Shown: piece by piece, positions 29,987 to 39,544 of the stretch
Layout: the number at the start of each line of letters is the position of its first letter
Position numbering within the stretch: position 1 is the stretch's first letter
Assembly (NCBI GenBank): GCA_036340235.1
Contig: JAYYZE010000010.1
Coordinates: 8,196-72,195 of the forward strand
DNA length: 64,000 bases
Direction of reading: 5' to 3'
From: Bacteroidota bacterium
GTDB taxonomy: Bacteria > Bacteroidota > Bacteroidia > Flavobacteriales > UBA7312
Program-made: the position numbers and the translations under genes
Notes under the pieces: model-generated
The model's database searches: none
What the model was told of the DNA's origin: nothing
The model's input: only the letters and a program-made list of their open reading frames with translations

Positions 29987-30065
29987 TTTTTGAAATACTT
30001 ATTTGTTGGCAAAGTTAATCATTCATGGCTATTGACCACTAAAAATTATTACATTAGCAAACGCT

Positions 30066-30944
30066 ATGAAACCGGTAAATGATCGACATATTAAACGCAG
30101 GTTACAAACCTCCTCGCTATCAACAATGCTAAGCATATCATTGGTGTTGTTAATGATTGGCAGCATGGGGCTCATTTATTTAAACACCTCGAAATTAACA
30201 AACTACATCAAAGAAAACATTGGGATAAGTCTAGTTTTGAATGATAATATTAAAAAGGTAGATCGATTGCAATTACAAAAAAATCTACAGACTTCAGAAT
30301 GGGTAAAAAATACTCAATATATTAGCAAACAGGATGCGGCTAATATTCTTAAAAATGATTTGGGTGAGGATTTTATTTCGTTCTTAGGCTACAATCCGCT
30401 GTCCTCGAGTATTGAAGTGTTTCTAAATGGTCAATTCGCCAGTAAAGAAAACATTAAAGCTCTGTCAAATGACTTAAAAAACAACGAGTTAATTAATGAA
30501 ATTATCATTCAAAAGGATCTCATTGATTCCATCAATACTAATGTTAAAAAATTAAGTCTTGTATTAATATCATTTTGTGTTTTGTTGCTTACAGTATCAA
30601 TTGCCCTCATAAATAATACAATCAGACTAACTGTATATTCAAAACGATTTATTATACGCACAATGAAGTTAATTGGCGCAACGGATTCGTTTGTAAGAAA
30701 GCCTTTTATTAAAACTGGTGTTCTGCAAGGTGTTTTTTCTGGTCTAATTGGTGTTTTATTACTGGTAATTATATTACTCTGTATCGAAAAAGAAATGCCA
30801 GAATTATTAATCTTACAGGATTTATTTTCCTTGGTAATTGTATTTATTGGCACTTTTTTATTTGGCTTATTTATTAGTTTTATTGTAACAATCTTTGCCG
30901 TTAATAAATATTTGAATATGAACGAAAAAAACTTATATCGATAA
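30066..30944 (+). CDS. ftsX: Cell division permease FtsX
   Basis: FLGYNPL and INNTIRLTVYSKRFIIRTMKLIGAT motifs. Confidence 0.92.
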   Translation: MKPVNDRHIKRRLQTSSLSTMLSISLVLLMIGSMGLIYLNTSKLTNYIKENIGISLVLNDNIKKVDRLQLQKNLQTSEWVKNTQYISKQDAANILKNDLGEDFISFLGYNPLSSSIEVFLNGQFASKENIKALSNDLKNNELINEIIIQKDLIDSINTNVKKLSLVLISFCVLLLTVSIALINNTIRLTVYSKRFIIRTMKLIGATDSFVRKPFIKTGVLQGVFSGLIGVLLLVIILLCIEKEMPELLILQDLFSLVIVFIGTFLFGLFISFIVTIFAVNKYLNMNEKNLYR

Positions 30945-30948
30945 CATT

Positions 30949-31170
30949 ATGGAATTTAATTTTGGAAAAAGAAACTATCTATTAATGGTCATTGCGGTCA
31001 TTACTATCACAATAGGCTACCTTCTTATGAGCGGTGGCAAGTCCAACGACCCCAATGTTTTTAGTGATTCTATTTTTAGTTTTAGACGCATCACCTTGTC
31101 CACTATTTTTCTAATTGTTGGATTTGTAATTCAGGTTTTTGCCATACTACACAGACCCAAAGATGAGTAG
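30949..31170 (+). CDS. DUF3098 small membrane protein
   Basis: FGKRNY...GYLLMSGG...FSFRRITL; sits between ftsX and uppP as usual in Bacteroidota. Confidence 0.85.
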   Translation: MEFNFGKRNYLLMVIAVITITIGYLLMSGGKSNDPNVFSDSIFSFRRITLSTIFLIVGFVIQVFAILHRPKDE

Positions 31171-31966
31171 CATTTTAGCTGCCATACTTCTTGGCATTGT
31201 TCAAGGACTAACCGAATTTTTACCTGTTAGCAGTAGTGGTCATTTAGAAATTACCTCTTATATCATGAATGAGTTGGGTAGCGGTAATTTGCCAAAAGAA
31301 AATTTGCTAATGACGGTGGTTCTACATGCAGCAACTGCATTAAGCACTATGTATATTTTTAGAAAAGATGTAGGTGCTATTCTCAAGGGTATTTTGCAGT
31401 TTAAGTGGAATGAGGAGTGTCGTTTTTCTGTTTTGATAATAATATCCATGATTCCAGCTGTTTTCATAGGATTGGTTTTTGACCAACAAATAGATTCATT
31501 GTTTAGTGGAAATATTTTATTGGTTGGAAGTATGCTGCTGATTACTGGTCTGTTACTATTTGTTGCCGACAAAGCCAAACAAACCAAAAAACCAGTTAGC
31601 GTCCTACAGTCAATTATTATCGGTATTGCTCAAGCCATTGCTATTATACCGGGCATTTCAAGGTCCGGTGCTACCATATCTATTTCAGTTATATTGGGTG
31701 TTGATAGACAAAGAGCAGCCCGATTTTCATTCCTAATGGTCGTACCGCTAATACTTGGAAAAATGGCCAAGGACCTATTGAGTGGCGATTTGATCTCCGA
31801 TAGCGTAACATTGGTTCCTCTTACCTTTGGCTTTTTAGCCGCATTTACAACCGGTTTGCTAGCCTGCAAGTGGATGATTTCATTGGTCAAAAAAAGCCAG
31901 CTAAGGTATTTTTCATATTATTGCTTTGTAATTGGATTGTGTGCCATTGTGTTTTCATTTAGCTAG
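31163..31966 (+). CDS. uppP: Undecaprenyl-diphosphate phosphatase
   Basis: GIVQGLTEFLPVSSSGHL and PGISRSGAT motifs. Start set at ATG 31163. Confidence 0.95.
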   Translation: MSSILAAILLGIVQGLTEFLPVSSSGHLEITSYIMNELGSGNLPKENLLMTVVLHAATALSTMYIFRKDVGAILKGILQFKWNEECRFSVLIIISMIPAVFIGLVFDQQIDSLFSGNILLVGSMLLITGLLLFVADKAKQTKKPVSVLQSIIIGIAQAIAIIPGISRSGATISISVILGVDRQRAARFSFLMVVPLILGKMAKDLLSGDLISDSVTLVPLTFGFLAAFTTGLLACKWMISLVKKSQLRYFSYYCFVIGLCAIVFSFS

Positions 31967-32659
31967 ATGATAAACTATTTTGAAGGACATACACTCCTAA
32001 TCAACAAGCCCTTAGGTTGGACCTCATTCGATGTTGTCAAAAAAATACGTAACACACTAAAGCCACAATTAGATGGCAAAAAATTGAAAGTGGGCCATGC
32101 TGGCACTCTTGATCCGCTAGCCGATGGATTATTAATTATCTGTACTGGCAAATACACCAAGAAAATACACGAATTTCAATCCTTAGAAAAAGAGTACACT
32201 GCAGAGTTTACCCTAGGTGCCACAAGGCCTTCTTATGATCTAGAAACCTCAATTGATAAGCAGTACCCTATAAAACATATTACGGCTGAGATGTTATATG
32301 CTGCCGCTAACATGTTAACGGGCGATATTCTACAAAGACCACCCATATACTCAGCCATTAAACAAAATGGTAAACGTTTATATGAATTGGCTAGAAAAGG
32401 GGAAAATGTAAACATAAAAGAACGAATTGTTCATGTTTATGAATTTGAAATTACAAACATAGACCTACCAAAAGTATCCGCTAGAATAAGGTGTAGCAAA
32501 GGCACTTACATTAGATCACTAGCTGATTCATTTGGCAAAAAAGTGGACAGTGGCGCCTATTTAAGCCAACTGACTAGAACAAAAATTGGGAGCTACAAAC
32601 TAGAACAAGCAATAGATATTGAAACCTTTACAGAATCGATTGAGCAATCTAATCCTTAA
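31967..32659 (+). CDS. truB: tRNA pseudouridine(55) synthase
   Basis: KVGHAGTLDPLA, PPIYSAIK and CSKGTYIRSL motifs. Confidence 0.96.
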   Translation: MINYFEGHTLLINKPLGWTSFDVVKKIRNTLKPQLDGKKLKVGHAGTLDPLADGLLIICTGKYTKKIHEFQSLEKEYTAEFTLGATRPSYDLETSIDKQYPIKHITAEMLYAAANMLTGDILQRPPIYSAIKQNGKRLYELARKGENVNIKERIVHVYEFEITNIDLPKVSARIRCSKGTYIRSLADSFGKKVDSGAYLSQLTRTKIGSYKLEQAIDIETFTESIEQSNP

Positions 32660-32716
32660 ACATTAATGCCTTAATTTTTAGTATATTCGCACACTTTTGA
32701 AAACCATCTTGTAAAT

Positions 32717-33772
32717 ATGATTAAAAGAAAGTTATCCCAATTTAATTTTAACCTTCCTGATGAATTACTTTCAGATCGACCGTCTGCCAATAGAGACGAA
32801 TCAAGGTTAATGGTTGTTGACAGAAAAACTGGCCAAATAGAACATAAACTGTTTAAGGATGTAATCACCTATTTTGATGAAAGTGATGTTATGGTATTTA
32901 ACGACACTAAAGTTTTTCCGGCCAGAATGTTTGGTAACAAAGAAAAAACAGGCGCTAGAATTGAGGTTTTTTTATTGAGGGAACTTAATAAGGAAAATCT
33001 ATTATGGGATGTACTTGTTGATCCCGCTCGTAAAATAAGAATTGGAAATAAGTTATATTTTGGCGATGACGACCTTGTTGCTGAGGTGATAGACAACACT
33101 ACCTCAAGAGGTAGAACATTGCGTTTTTTATACGATGGCAGCTACGAAGAGTTTAGAGCAAAACTTAAAGAACTAGGCGAAACCCCTTTACCAAAATACA
33201 TCAACCGAACACCAGACGCTGATGATGAAATTCGATACCAAACTATTTACGCTAAGCATGAAGGAGCCGTTGCGGCACCCACAGCAGGCCTCCACTTTAG
33301 TCGAGAGCTTCTCAAACGACTTGAAATAAAAGGTATTGAATTGGCACATTTGACACTTCACATTGGACTGGGCACATTTCGCCCCGTGGAAGTTGAAGAT
33401 TTAAGTAAGCACAAAATGGATTCTGAGGAGTTATTTATTTCAGATGACACTGCCGATTTGATAAATAATGGCATTCAAGAAAAGAAAAAAATCTGTGCTG
33501 TAGGAACCACTTCAATGCGGGGTGTAGAAACTTCCGTAACGACACAAGGGCTGATAACCCCATACTCAGGCTGGACCAATAAATTTATCTATCCACCATA
33601 CGATTTTAGAATTGCTAATTGCATGATAACTAATTTTCACACTCCAAAATCAACCCTCTTGATGATGGTATCTGCATTTGGTGGGCATGACTTAATAATG
33701 GGGGCGTACGAAGAAGCCGTAAAGGAAAAATATAAGTTTTTCTCATATGGGGACGCCATGCTCATTTTATAA
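32717..33772 (+). CDS. queA: tRNA preQ1 SAM ribosyltransferase-isomerase
   Basis: [29 protein letters not shown] and FSYGDAMLI motifs. Confidence 0.97.
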   Translation: MIKRKLSQFNFNLPDELLSDRPSANRDESRLMVVDRKTGQIEHKLFKDVITYFDESDVMVFNDTKVFPARMFGNKEKTGARIEVFLLRELNKENLLWDVLVDPARKIRIGNKLYFGDDDLVAEVIDNTTSRGRTLRFLYDGSYEEFRAKLKELGETPLPKYINRTPDADDEIRYQTIYAKHEGAVAAPTAGLHFSRELLKRLEIKGIELAHLTLHIGLGTFRPVEVEDLSKHKMDSEELFISDDTADLINNGIQEKKKICAVGTTSMRGVETSVTTQGLITPYSGWTNKFIYPPYDFRIANCMITNFHTPKSTLLMMVSAFGGHDLIMGAYEEAVKEKYKFFSYGDAMLIL

Positions 33773-33774
33773 AC

Positions 33775-34446
33775 GTGAAATATTACTTTATAATAGTTGC
33801 TGGGGGATCAGGAAGCCGAATGGGGACTTCCACTCCAAAACAATTCTTAAAACTAAACGAAAAGCCAATACTAATGCACACCGTTGAAAGGCTTTTTGAC
33901 TTCGACAACAACGCCCATTTTATCATTGCGCTGCCCTTTTCGGAGTTCGACTACTGGCATCAATTGTGCAAAAACCACAATTTTGAATTATCTCACCAAC
34001 TTTCAAAAGGAGGGGTCAACCGTTTTGAATCTGTTAAAAATGCTCTTAACAAAGTTACCGAAAAGAGTATCGTTTGCATTCACGATGGCGTGCGTCCATT
34101 GGTAAAAAAAGACGTTATAACAAGGTGCATAAACACGGCAAAAAAAACGGGTTGCGCCATACCTGTTTTACCAATCGAAGAAAGCATAAGAGAAGTTTCT
34201 GAACAGTCAAGTCGAGTCGTTGACAGAAACAAGTATAAGTGCGTCCAAACACCTCAATGCTTTTCCAGCGAACTGATTCTAAAAGCCTATCAACAAGATT
34301 ATAAATCCATGTTCACCGATGATGCGTCAGTGGTAGAATCAATGGGAATAAATATGTCATTAGTCGAAGGAAATAAAGAAAATATCAAAATAACCACACC
34401 AGAAGACCTTGTTATGGCAGAATTTTTACTTAAACAATTCGATTAA
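33775..34446 (+). CDS. ispD: 2-C-methyl-D-erythritol 4-phosphate cytidylyltransferase
   Basis: AGGSGSRMG...PKQF, IHDGVRP, VQTPQ, TDDAS and NIKITTPEDL motifs; GTG start. Confidence 0.93.
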   Translation: MKYYFIIVAGGSGSRMGTSTPKQFLKLNEKPILMHTVERLFDFDNNAHFIIALPFSEFDYWHQLCKNHNFELSHQLSKGGVNRFESVKNALNKVTEKSIVCIHDGVRPLVKKDVITRCINTAKKTGCAIPVLPIEESIREVSEQSSRVVDRNKYKCVQTPQCFSSELILKAYQQDYKSMFTDDASVVESMGINMSLVEGNKENIKITTPEDLVMAEFLLKQFD

Positions 34447-35563
34447 CCATACTATTAGGAGTTAACTCCTTATTTTTTAAACTAGTAATATGGTTGACTC
34501 CTGGTTTTTTACCAACCGCTATTGCCCCCAATTGATCAAGGCCCAGAAATTCTGCCCCATGTTTACATGCCCAACGTATTAGTATTTCTAAAGGAACCAA
34601 TTCATTAATCGTTTTCATCTCTTCCAAAATTGACAAAGAGTCATTGGAGGCTAAACTATCAGTACCAATAGTCATTTTGGACTGAGAATCGATAAATAAG
34701 TCATAATTAGGCAGTGCGCCCTCTATGAATACGTTTGCTTTAGGACAAGTAGCCCAAAACACACTCTTGTTTTGTTGCTTTATCCACTGAATATCTTCTT
34801 TTGATGTAAATGTGTTGTGAACCATTAATATTGGTACATCTGGTAATAGTGGCAATGTACTTTTTAGTGCTGTTTTGCCAGTTGGCTTAAAGAAATGTTT
34901 GGCAATAAGTTCATTTAATAAATCACCTGTTCCCTCAATAAACATTTGGTCTTCAGTAGGTGTTTCTTGGTTGTGAATAGTAATTATTTCACCAGAATTG
35001 TGAGAACGTATTTTTTCAAATAATCTTAAAGAAACAGAATAATTAGCATGAGGTGTTAAAGAAACTTTGTGCTTACATTTTTCTAGTAAACGTAAACCAT
35101 TTTGAAAAACCTCGTCTGCTCTTGATGGGTCTGATGCAAAAAGCTCTACAAATGTGTGATAATATATCGAACTCTTGTCCTTGATAGGAAAGGAAATAGA
35201 CGTATTGCTAATATCTCCAACAGCAACAATGCCGTTGTCATACATTACCCTATCAGCTTGCTTTATGCTTGAATATATCTCATCACAGGGTGACTTTCGT
35301 ATTTTTCCAATATTAGAAATAAAGAAAGGCAAGCCTGTTTTTTCTTTCATTCTATTCTTAAGGTGAGATAATTCCAAGTGGCAATGAGTATTTATAAAAC
35401 CAGGACATAAACCCCCTTCAAAATATTCTAACATTGACTCATTTAAACCCTCTTTACTTCTGAGAACATCTACTATTATACCGCTTTGCTCAACAACCAA
35501 AACACCATTGGGAATAGGAGGACCTATTGACGTAAAAACTATATCTGATGTTAAGTAACGCAT
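34430..35563 (-). CDS. Amidohydrolase family metal-dependent deaminase
   Basis: PGFINTHCHLELS, TPHA, IHNQE and IGTDSLASN motifs. Start set at ATG 35563 because the longer ORF overlaps rlmN. Confidence 0.85.
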   Translation of the reverse strand: MRYLTSDIVFTSIGPPIPNGVLVVEQSGIIVDVLRSKEGLNESMLEYFEGGLCPGFINTHCHLELSHLKNRMKEKTGLPFFISNIGKIRKSPCDEIYSSIKQADRVMYDNGIVAVGDISNTSISFPIKDKSSIYYHTFVELFASDPSRADEVFQNGLRLLEKCKHKVSLTPHANYSVSLRLFEKIRSHNSGEIITIHNQETPTEDQMFIEGTGDLLNELIAKHFFKPTGKTALKSTLPLLPDVPILMVHNTFTSKEDIQWIKQQNKSVFWATCPKANVFIEGALPNYDLFIDSQSKMTIGTDSLASNDSLSILEEMKTINELVPLEILIRWACKHGAEFLGLDQLGAIAVGKKPGVNHITSLKNKELTPNSMVNRIV

Positions 35564-35570
35564 AGAGCGT

Positions 35571-35589
35571 GCAAAGATACTATCTTTGC
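35571..35589. promoter_or_regulatory. Back-to-back TATCTTTG -7 elements forming a 19-bp inverted repeat
   Basis: GCAAAGATA-C-TATCTTTGC lies between divergent starts 35563 and 35593. Confidence 0.75.
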
Positions 35590-35592
35590 GCC

Positions 35593-36639
35593 ATGTCTTT
35601 ACAGAAAAACATTCGTGAACTAAGCTTGGAAGAGTTAAAAGACTTTTTTGTTGAACATAATCTTCCGAGCTTTCGAGCAAAGCAAGTATATGAATGGTTG
35701 TGGAAAAAATCTGTATCATCATTTTCACAAATGCGTAATGTATCCAAAGAGATTATTGAACTACTCGAAAAAACATTTGTGATCCAACACCTTCAAATTT
35801 CGGAGTCACAAAAGAGTACTGACCGCACCATAAAATCGGCCTTCAAACTGTTCGATGACAACAATGTTGAGGGCGTACTTATTCCCACAAAATCTCGAAT
35901 GACGGCTTGCATCTCCTCACAGGTAGGATGTAGCTTAAGTTGTAAATTCTGTGCTACTGGTAAACTCGACAGACGCCGAAATCTAAACGCAGACGAGATG
36001 TACGACCAAGTATTTATGTTAAACGAACTTGCTCAGAAAAATTACCAGCAAAAATTGAGTAACATTGTTTACATGGGTATGGGTGAACCTTTACTAAACT
36101 ACAGGAATGTGATAAATTCCATTGAAAAAATCACCTCAAATGATGGGTTAGCTATGTCGCCAAAACGCATTACTGTTTCTACCGCTGGTATTGCCAAACT
36201 TATAAAAAAACTCGGTGATGACGAGGTTAAATTTAATCTAGCACTGTCTCTACATGCAGCTAACGATAAAAAAAGAAATCATATCATGCCTATCAATGAG
36301 CAAAACTCATTGGAATCTTTGAAAGATGCTATTGTCTACTTTTATGAAAAAACAGGTACTCGATTGACTTATGAATACATAATATTTAAAGGATTTAATG
36401 ATGAAATAAGTGACGCTATTGAATTGGCTCAATTTGCAAAAATAACGCCATGTAAAATCAACATTATTGAGTACAACCCCATTGATGATGGGGAATTCCA
36501 ACAAGCCAAAAAAGAAAAGGTAGATGCTTTTGTAACTTACCTAGAAAGTAAAAACCTCATTGTTAATGTCAGACGTAGCAGGGGGAAAGATATAGATGCG
36601 GCCTGCGGACAACTTGCAAATAAACTCGTAAAGTCATAG
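35593..36639 (+). CDS. rlmN: 23S rRNA m2A2503 / tRNA methyltransferase RlmN
   Basis: CISSQVGCSLSCKFCATG, MGMGEP and IDAACGQL motifs. Start set at ATG 35593. Confidence 0.96.
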   Translation: MSLQKNIRELSLEELKDFFVEHNLPSFRAKQVYEWLWKKSVSSFSQMRNVSKEIIELLEKTFVIQHLQISESQKSTDRTIKSAFKLFDDNNVEGVLIPTKSRMTACISSQVGCSLSCKFCATGKLDRRRNLNADEMYDQVFMLNELAQKNYQQKLSNIVYMGMGEPLLNYRNVINSIEKITSNDGLAMSPKRITVSTAGIAKLIKKLGDDEVKFNLALSLHAANDKKRNHIMPINEQNSLESLKDAIVYFYEKTGTRLTYEYIIFKGFNDEISDAIELAQFAKITPCKINIIEYNPIDDGEFQQAKKEKVDAFVTYLESKNLIVNVRRSRGKDIDAACGQLANKLVKS

Positions 36640-36674
36640 TGTTATTCGTATCTTTGTACCTGCTAAACTACTAG

Positions 36675-37649
36675 ATGAATCCAATAAAAGAAATTAAGTC
36701 CCCGGTGCAAGAAGAAATGCGCTTATTTGAAAGCAAGTTTAAGGATTCACTAAGTAGTAAAGTCCCATTATTAGATAAGGTACTCCATTACATTGTAAAG
36801 CGCAAGGGCAAACAAATGCGACCCATGTTTGTATTTCTCAGCAACAAGCTATTTGGAGAAATTACAGAAAGTACATTTAGAGCAGCATCACTTATAGAAT
36901 TACTTCATACAGCGACCTTAGTACATGATGATGTGATTGATGATGCCAATATTCGAAGAGGTTTTTTTTCGATTAACGCCTTGTGGAAAAATAAAATTGC
37001 TGTATTAGTGGGCGATTATTTACTCTCTAGAGGATTGCTTCTGTCATTAGAAAACGAAGAGTATAATCTTCTTCAAATTGTATCCAAGGCAGTCAAAGAA
37101 ATGAGCGAGGGCGAATTATTACAAATTGAAAAAGCTCGACGCTTAGATATTGAAGAAGATGTTTACTTCGAAATTATTCGTCAGAAGACTGCTACTCTAA
37201 TTGCTGCCTGTTGCGCTTGCGGTGCCACGGCGGCTGATCAATCTCCCGAAATCATTGAAAAAATGCGCCTATTTGGTGAATACTCAGGCATAGCCTTTCA
37301 AATGAAAGACGATTTGTTCGATTATTACAACGATGACATCATTGGCAAACCAACAGGCATTGATATTAAAGAGCAAAAAATGACGCTTCCACTAATATAT
37401 ACGCTCAAGCATGCCAACAAGAAAGAGCACAGATTCATCATTCAAACAGTCAAGAATTACAGCACAGATAGTCAGCGAGTAGCACAAGTGCTTAAACTAG
37501 TAAAAGAAAGTGGTGGCATAGAATATACGGTTGATAAAATGAAGCATTTTCAGAAACAAGCTCTTAAACTGTTGAAAACTTTTGACGAGAACGACAGCCG
37601 AAAGTCATTAGAACTTTTAGTAAATTACGTCATTGAAAGAAAAAAATGA
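36675..37649 (+). CDS. Polyprenyl (octaprenyl-type) diphosphate synthase
   Basis: GKQMRP, LVHDDVIDD...RRG and FQMKDDLFD motifs. Confidence 0.93.
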   Translation: MNPIKEIKSPVQEEMRLFESKFKDSLSSKVPLLDKVLHYIVKRKGKQMRPMFVFLSNKLFGEITESTFRAASLIELLHTATLVHDDVIDDANIRRGFFSINALWKNKIAVLVGDYLLSRGLLLSLENEEYNLLQIVSKAVKEMSEGELLQIEKARRLDIEEDVYFEIIRQKTATLIAACCACGATAADQSPEIIEKMRLFGEYSGIAFQMKDDLFDYYNDDIIGKPTGIDIKEQKMTLPLIYTLKHANKKEHRFIIQTVKNYSTDSQRVAQVLKLVKESGGIEYTVDKMKHFQKQALKLLKTFDENDSRKSLELLVNYVIERKK

Positions 37650-39544
37650 TTCCGAAAGAAACCATTGACAACATATTCGACAGTGCTAGAATTGAAGAGG
37701 TAGTAGGGGATTTTGTGACCCTCAAAAAACGAGGTGTAAATTTACTTGGAAACTGCCCATTCCATGATGAAAAAACACCTTCATTCACGGTATCACCGTC
37801 CAAAGGTATCTTCAAATGTTTTGGCTGTGGAAAGGGTGGTAATGCCGTGAATTTTGTTATGGAACACGAGCAATTTTCTTATCCTGAAGCCCTAAAATAC
37901 TTAGCCAAAAAATACAATATAGAAATTATCGAAGAAGAACAAACGCCAGAACAAATTGAAAAGGCCAATGCTAGAGAAAGCCTGTACGTCGTTAATTCCT
38001 TCGCTCGAGACTTTTTTCGTCAAACATTACATCACAGCCCGGAAGGCAAAGCCATCGGTTTAACGTATTTTAAAGAACGTGGTGTTAGCAATGAAATGCT
38101 AGAAAAATTTCAATTAGGGTTCAATCCTGAGGGATGGGATACCTTTTCTTTAAAGGCAGAAAAGAAGGGTTACAAACAAGAATTTTTAGAAAAAACTGGA
38201 TTGACCATATTCAAAGACGACAAACGATATGATCGATTTCGAGGACGTTTGATGTTCCCTATACACAGTATTTCTGGCAGGGTAGTAGGCTTTGGCGGTC
38301 GTATTCTAAAAAAAACTGATAAGGCTGCCAAATACGTAAACTCACCTGAAAGTGAAATTTATAACAAAAGTAAAGTACTATACGGACTCTACTTTTCTAA
38401 ATCGGCTATAATAAAGCACGACAACTGTTTTTTAGTAGAAGGTTATACGGATGTGATTGCCATGCATCAACATGATATTGAAAACGTAGTAGCTTCATCA
38501 GGCACTTCATTAACGCAAGAACAAATCAAGTTAATTAGCCGATTTACAAAAAACATAACTATTTTGTTTGATGGTGATGCGGCCGGTATTAAAGCATCGT
38601 TTAGAGGTATTGACCTCATTCTTTCTCAAGGAATGAATGTAAAGGTAGTTTTATTTCCTGAGGGAGAAGATCCCGACAGCTATGCTAAGTCTTTAGGAAA
38701 AGAAGGTATTCAAGAATTCATTAATAAGAAAGCCCAAGATTTCTTAACCTTCAAAACAAATTTATTAAAAGACGAGAGCCAGAACGACCCCATCAAAAAA
38801 GTAAGTCTTATCAAAGAGGTGGTGTCCTCAATCGCTGTAATTCCTGACGAAATTACTCGTTCAGTTTATGTCAGTGAATGCTCCAAGTTACTTAACATAG
38901 GCGAGCGTGAAATTATTAATAAAATTCATCAACTAAAAAATCAATCTAAAGAGCAAGATAGGCAAAAAGAAAAAACGCCAAAGTCAGCTAATGAACTCAA
39001 AACAAATTTACCTTCCAATTCATGCGAATTTCAGGAAAAGGATATAATTCGATTTTTGTTACAATACGGCAATGAAAAAATCACAGTTGATGGAAATGAT
39101 GTGTATGTGGCGCAATTTATTGTGACTGAGCTTAGCAATGAGATATGTTTTTCAAACACCAATTTGGAAGTCATTTTCAATGACTACTTTGAAGAAATGA
39201 AGAAAGGTGAACTACTAAAGCAAGAATTCTTTACTCAACATAAGGACCCTACCATATCTCAATTAGCAGCAGACATCATAAGCTCACCCTACAATATGAG
39301 CCAAAAATGGAAAGACCATGGAATATATACCCAAACAGAAGATATGCAACTGAGATCAGCTGTTGAAACAGCCATTTATTCACTTAAAGTAGCCAAAATT
39401 GGAGAGCGTATTCGAGTCAAAAACAAGGCTTTAAACGATGGGATTTCTTCGGAAAACGAATTAACTCTATTATCTGAAATTAATGAACTGACTAAATTAA
39501 AAAAGGAAATTTCTTCAAAACTTGGAAGAACCATCTTGAAGTAA
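37646..39544 (+). CDS. dnaG: DNA primase
   Basis: Zn finger CPFHDEKTPSF...CFGC; KYVNSPE; TOPRIM VEGYTD and FDGDAAG. Confidence 0.97.
   Translation: MIPKETIDNIFDSARIEEVVGDFVTLKKRGVNLLGNCPFHDEKTPSFTVSPSKGIFKCFGCGKGGNAVNFVMEHEQFSYPEALKYLAKKYNIEIIEEEQTPEQIEKANARESLYVVNSFARDFFRQTLHHSPEGKAIGLTYFKERGVSNEMLEKFQLGFNPEGWDTFSLKAEKKGYKQEFLEKTGLTIFKDDKRYDRFRGRLMFPIHSISGRVVGFGGRILKKTDKAAKYVNSPESEIYNKSKVLYGLYFSKSAIIKHDNCFLVEGYTDVIAMHQHDIENVVASSGTSLTQEQIKLISRFTKNITILFDGDAAGIKASFRGIDLILSQGMNVKVVLFPEGEDPDSYAKSLGKEGIQEFINKKAQDFLTFKTNLLKDESQNDPIKKVSLIKEVVSSIAVIPDEITRSVYVSECSKLLNIGEREIINKIHQLKNQSKEQDRQKEKTPKSANELKTNLPSNSCEFQEKDIIRFLLQYGNEKITVDGNDVYVAQFIVTELSNEICFSNTNLEVIFNDYFEEMKKGELLKQEFFTQHKDPTISQLAADIISSPYNMSQKWKDHGIYTQTEDMQLRSAVETAIYSLKVAKIGERIRVKNKALNDGISSENELTLLSEINELTKLKKEISSKLGRTILK

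Noticed and set aside
35564-35728. Long head-to-head overlap of amidohydrolase and rlmN in the ORF track
   Set aside because: An artefact of longest-ORF calling; family motifs and promoters support starts at 35563 and 35593.
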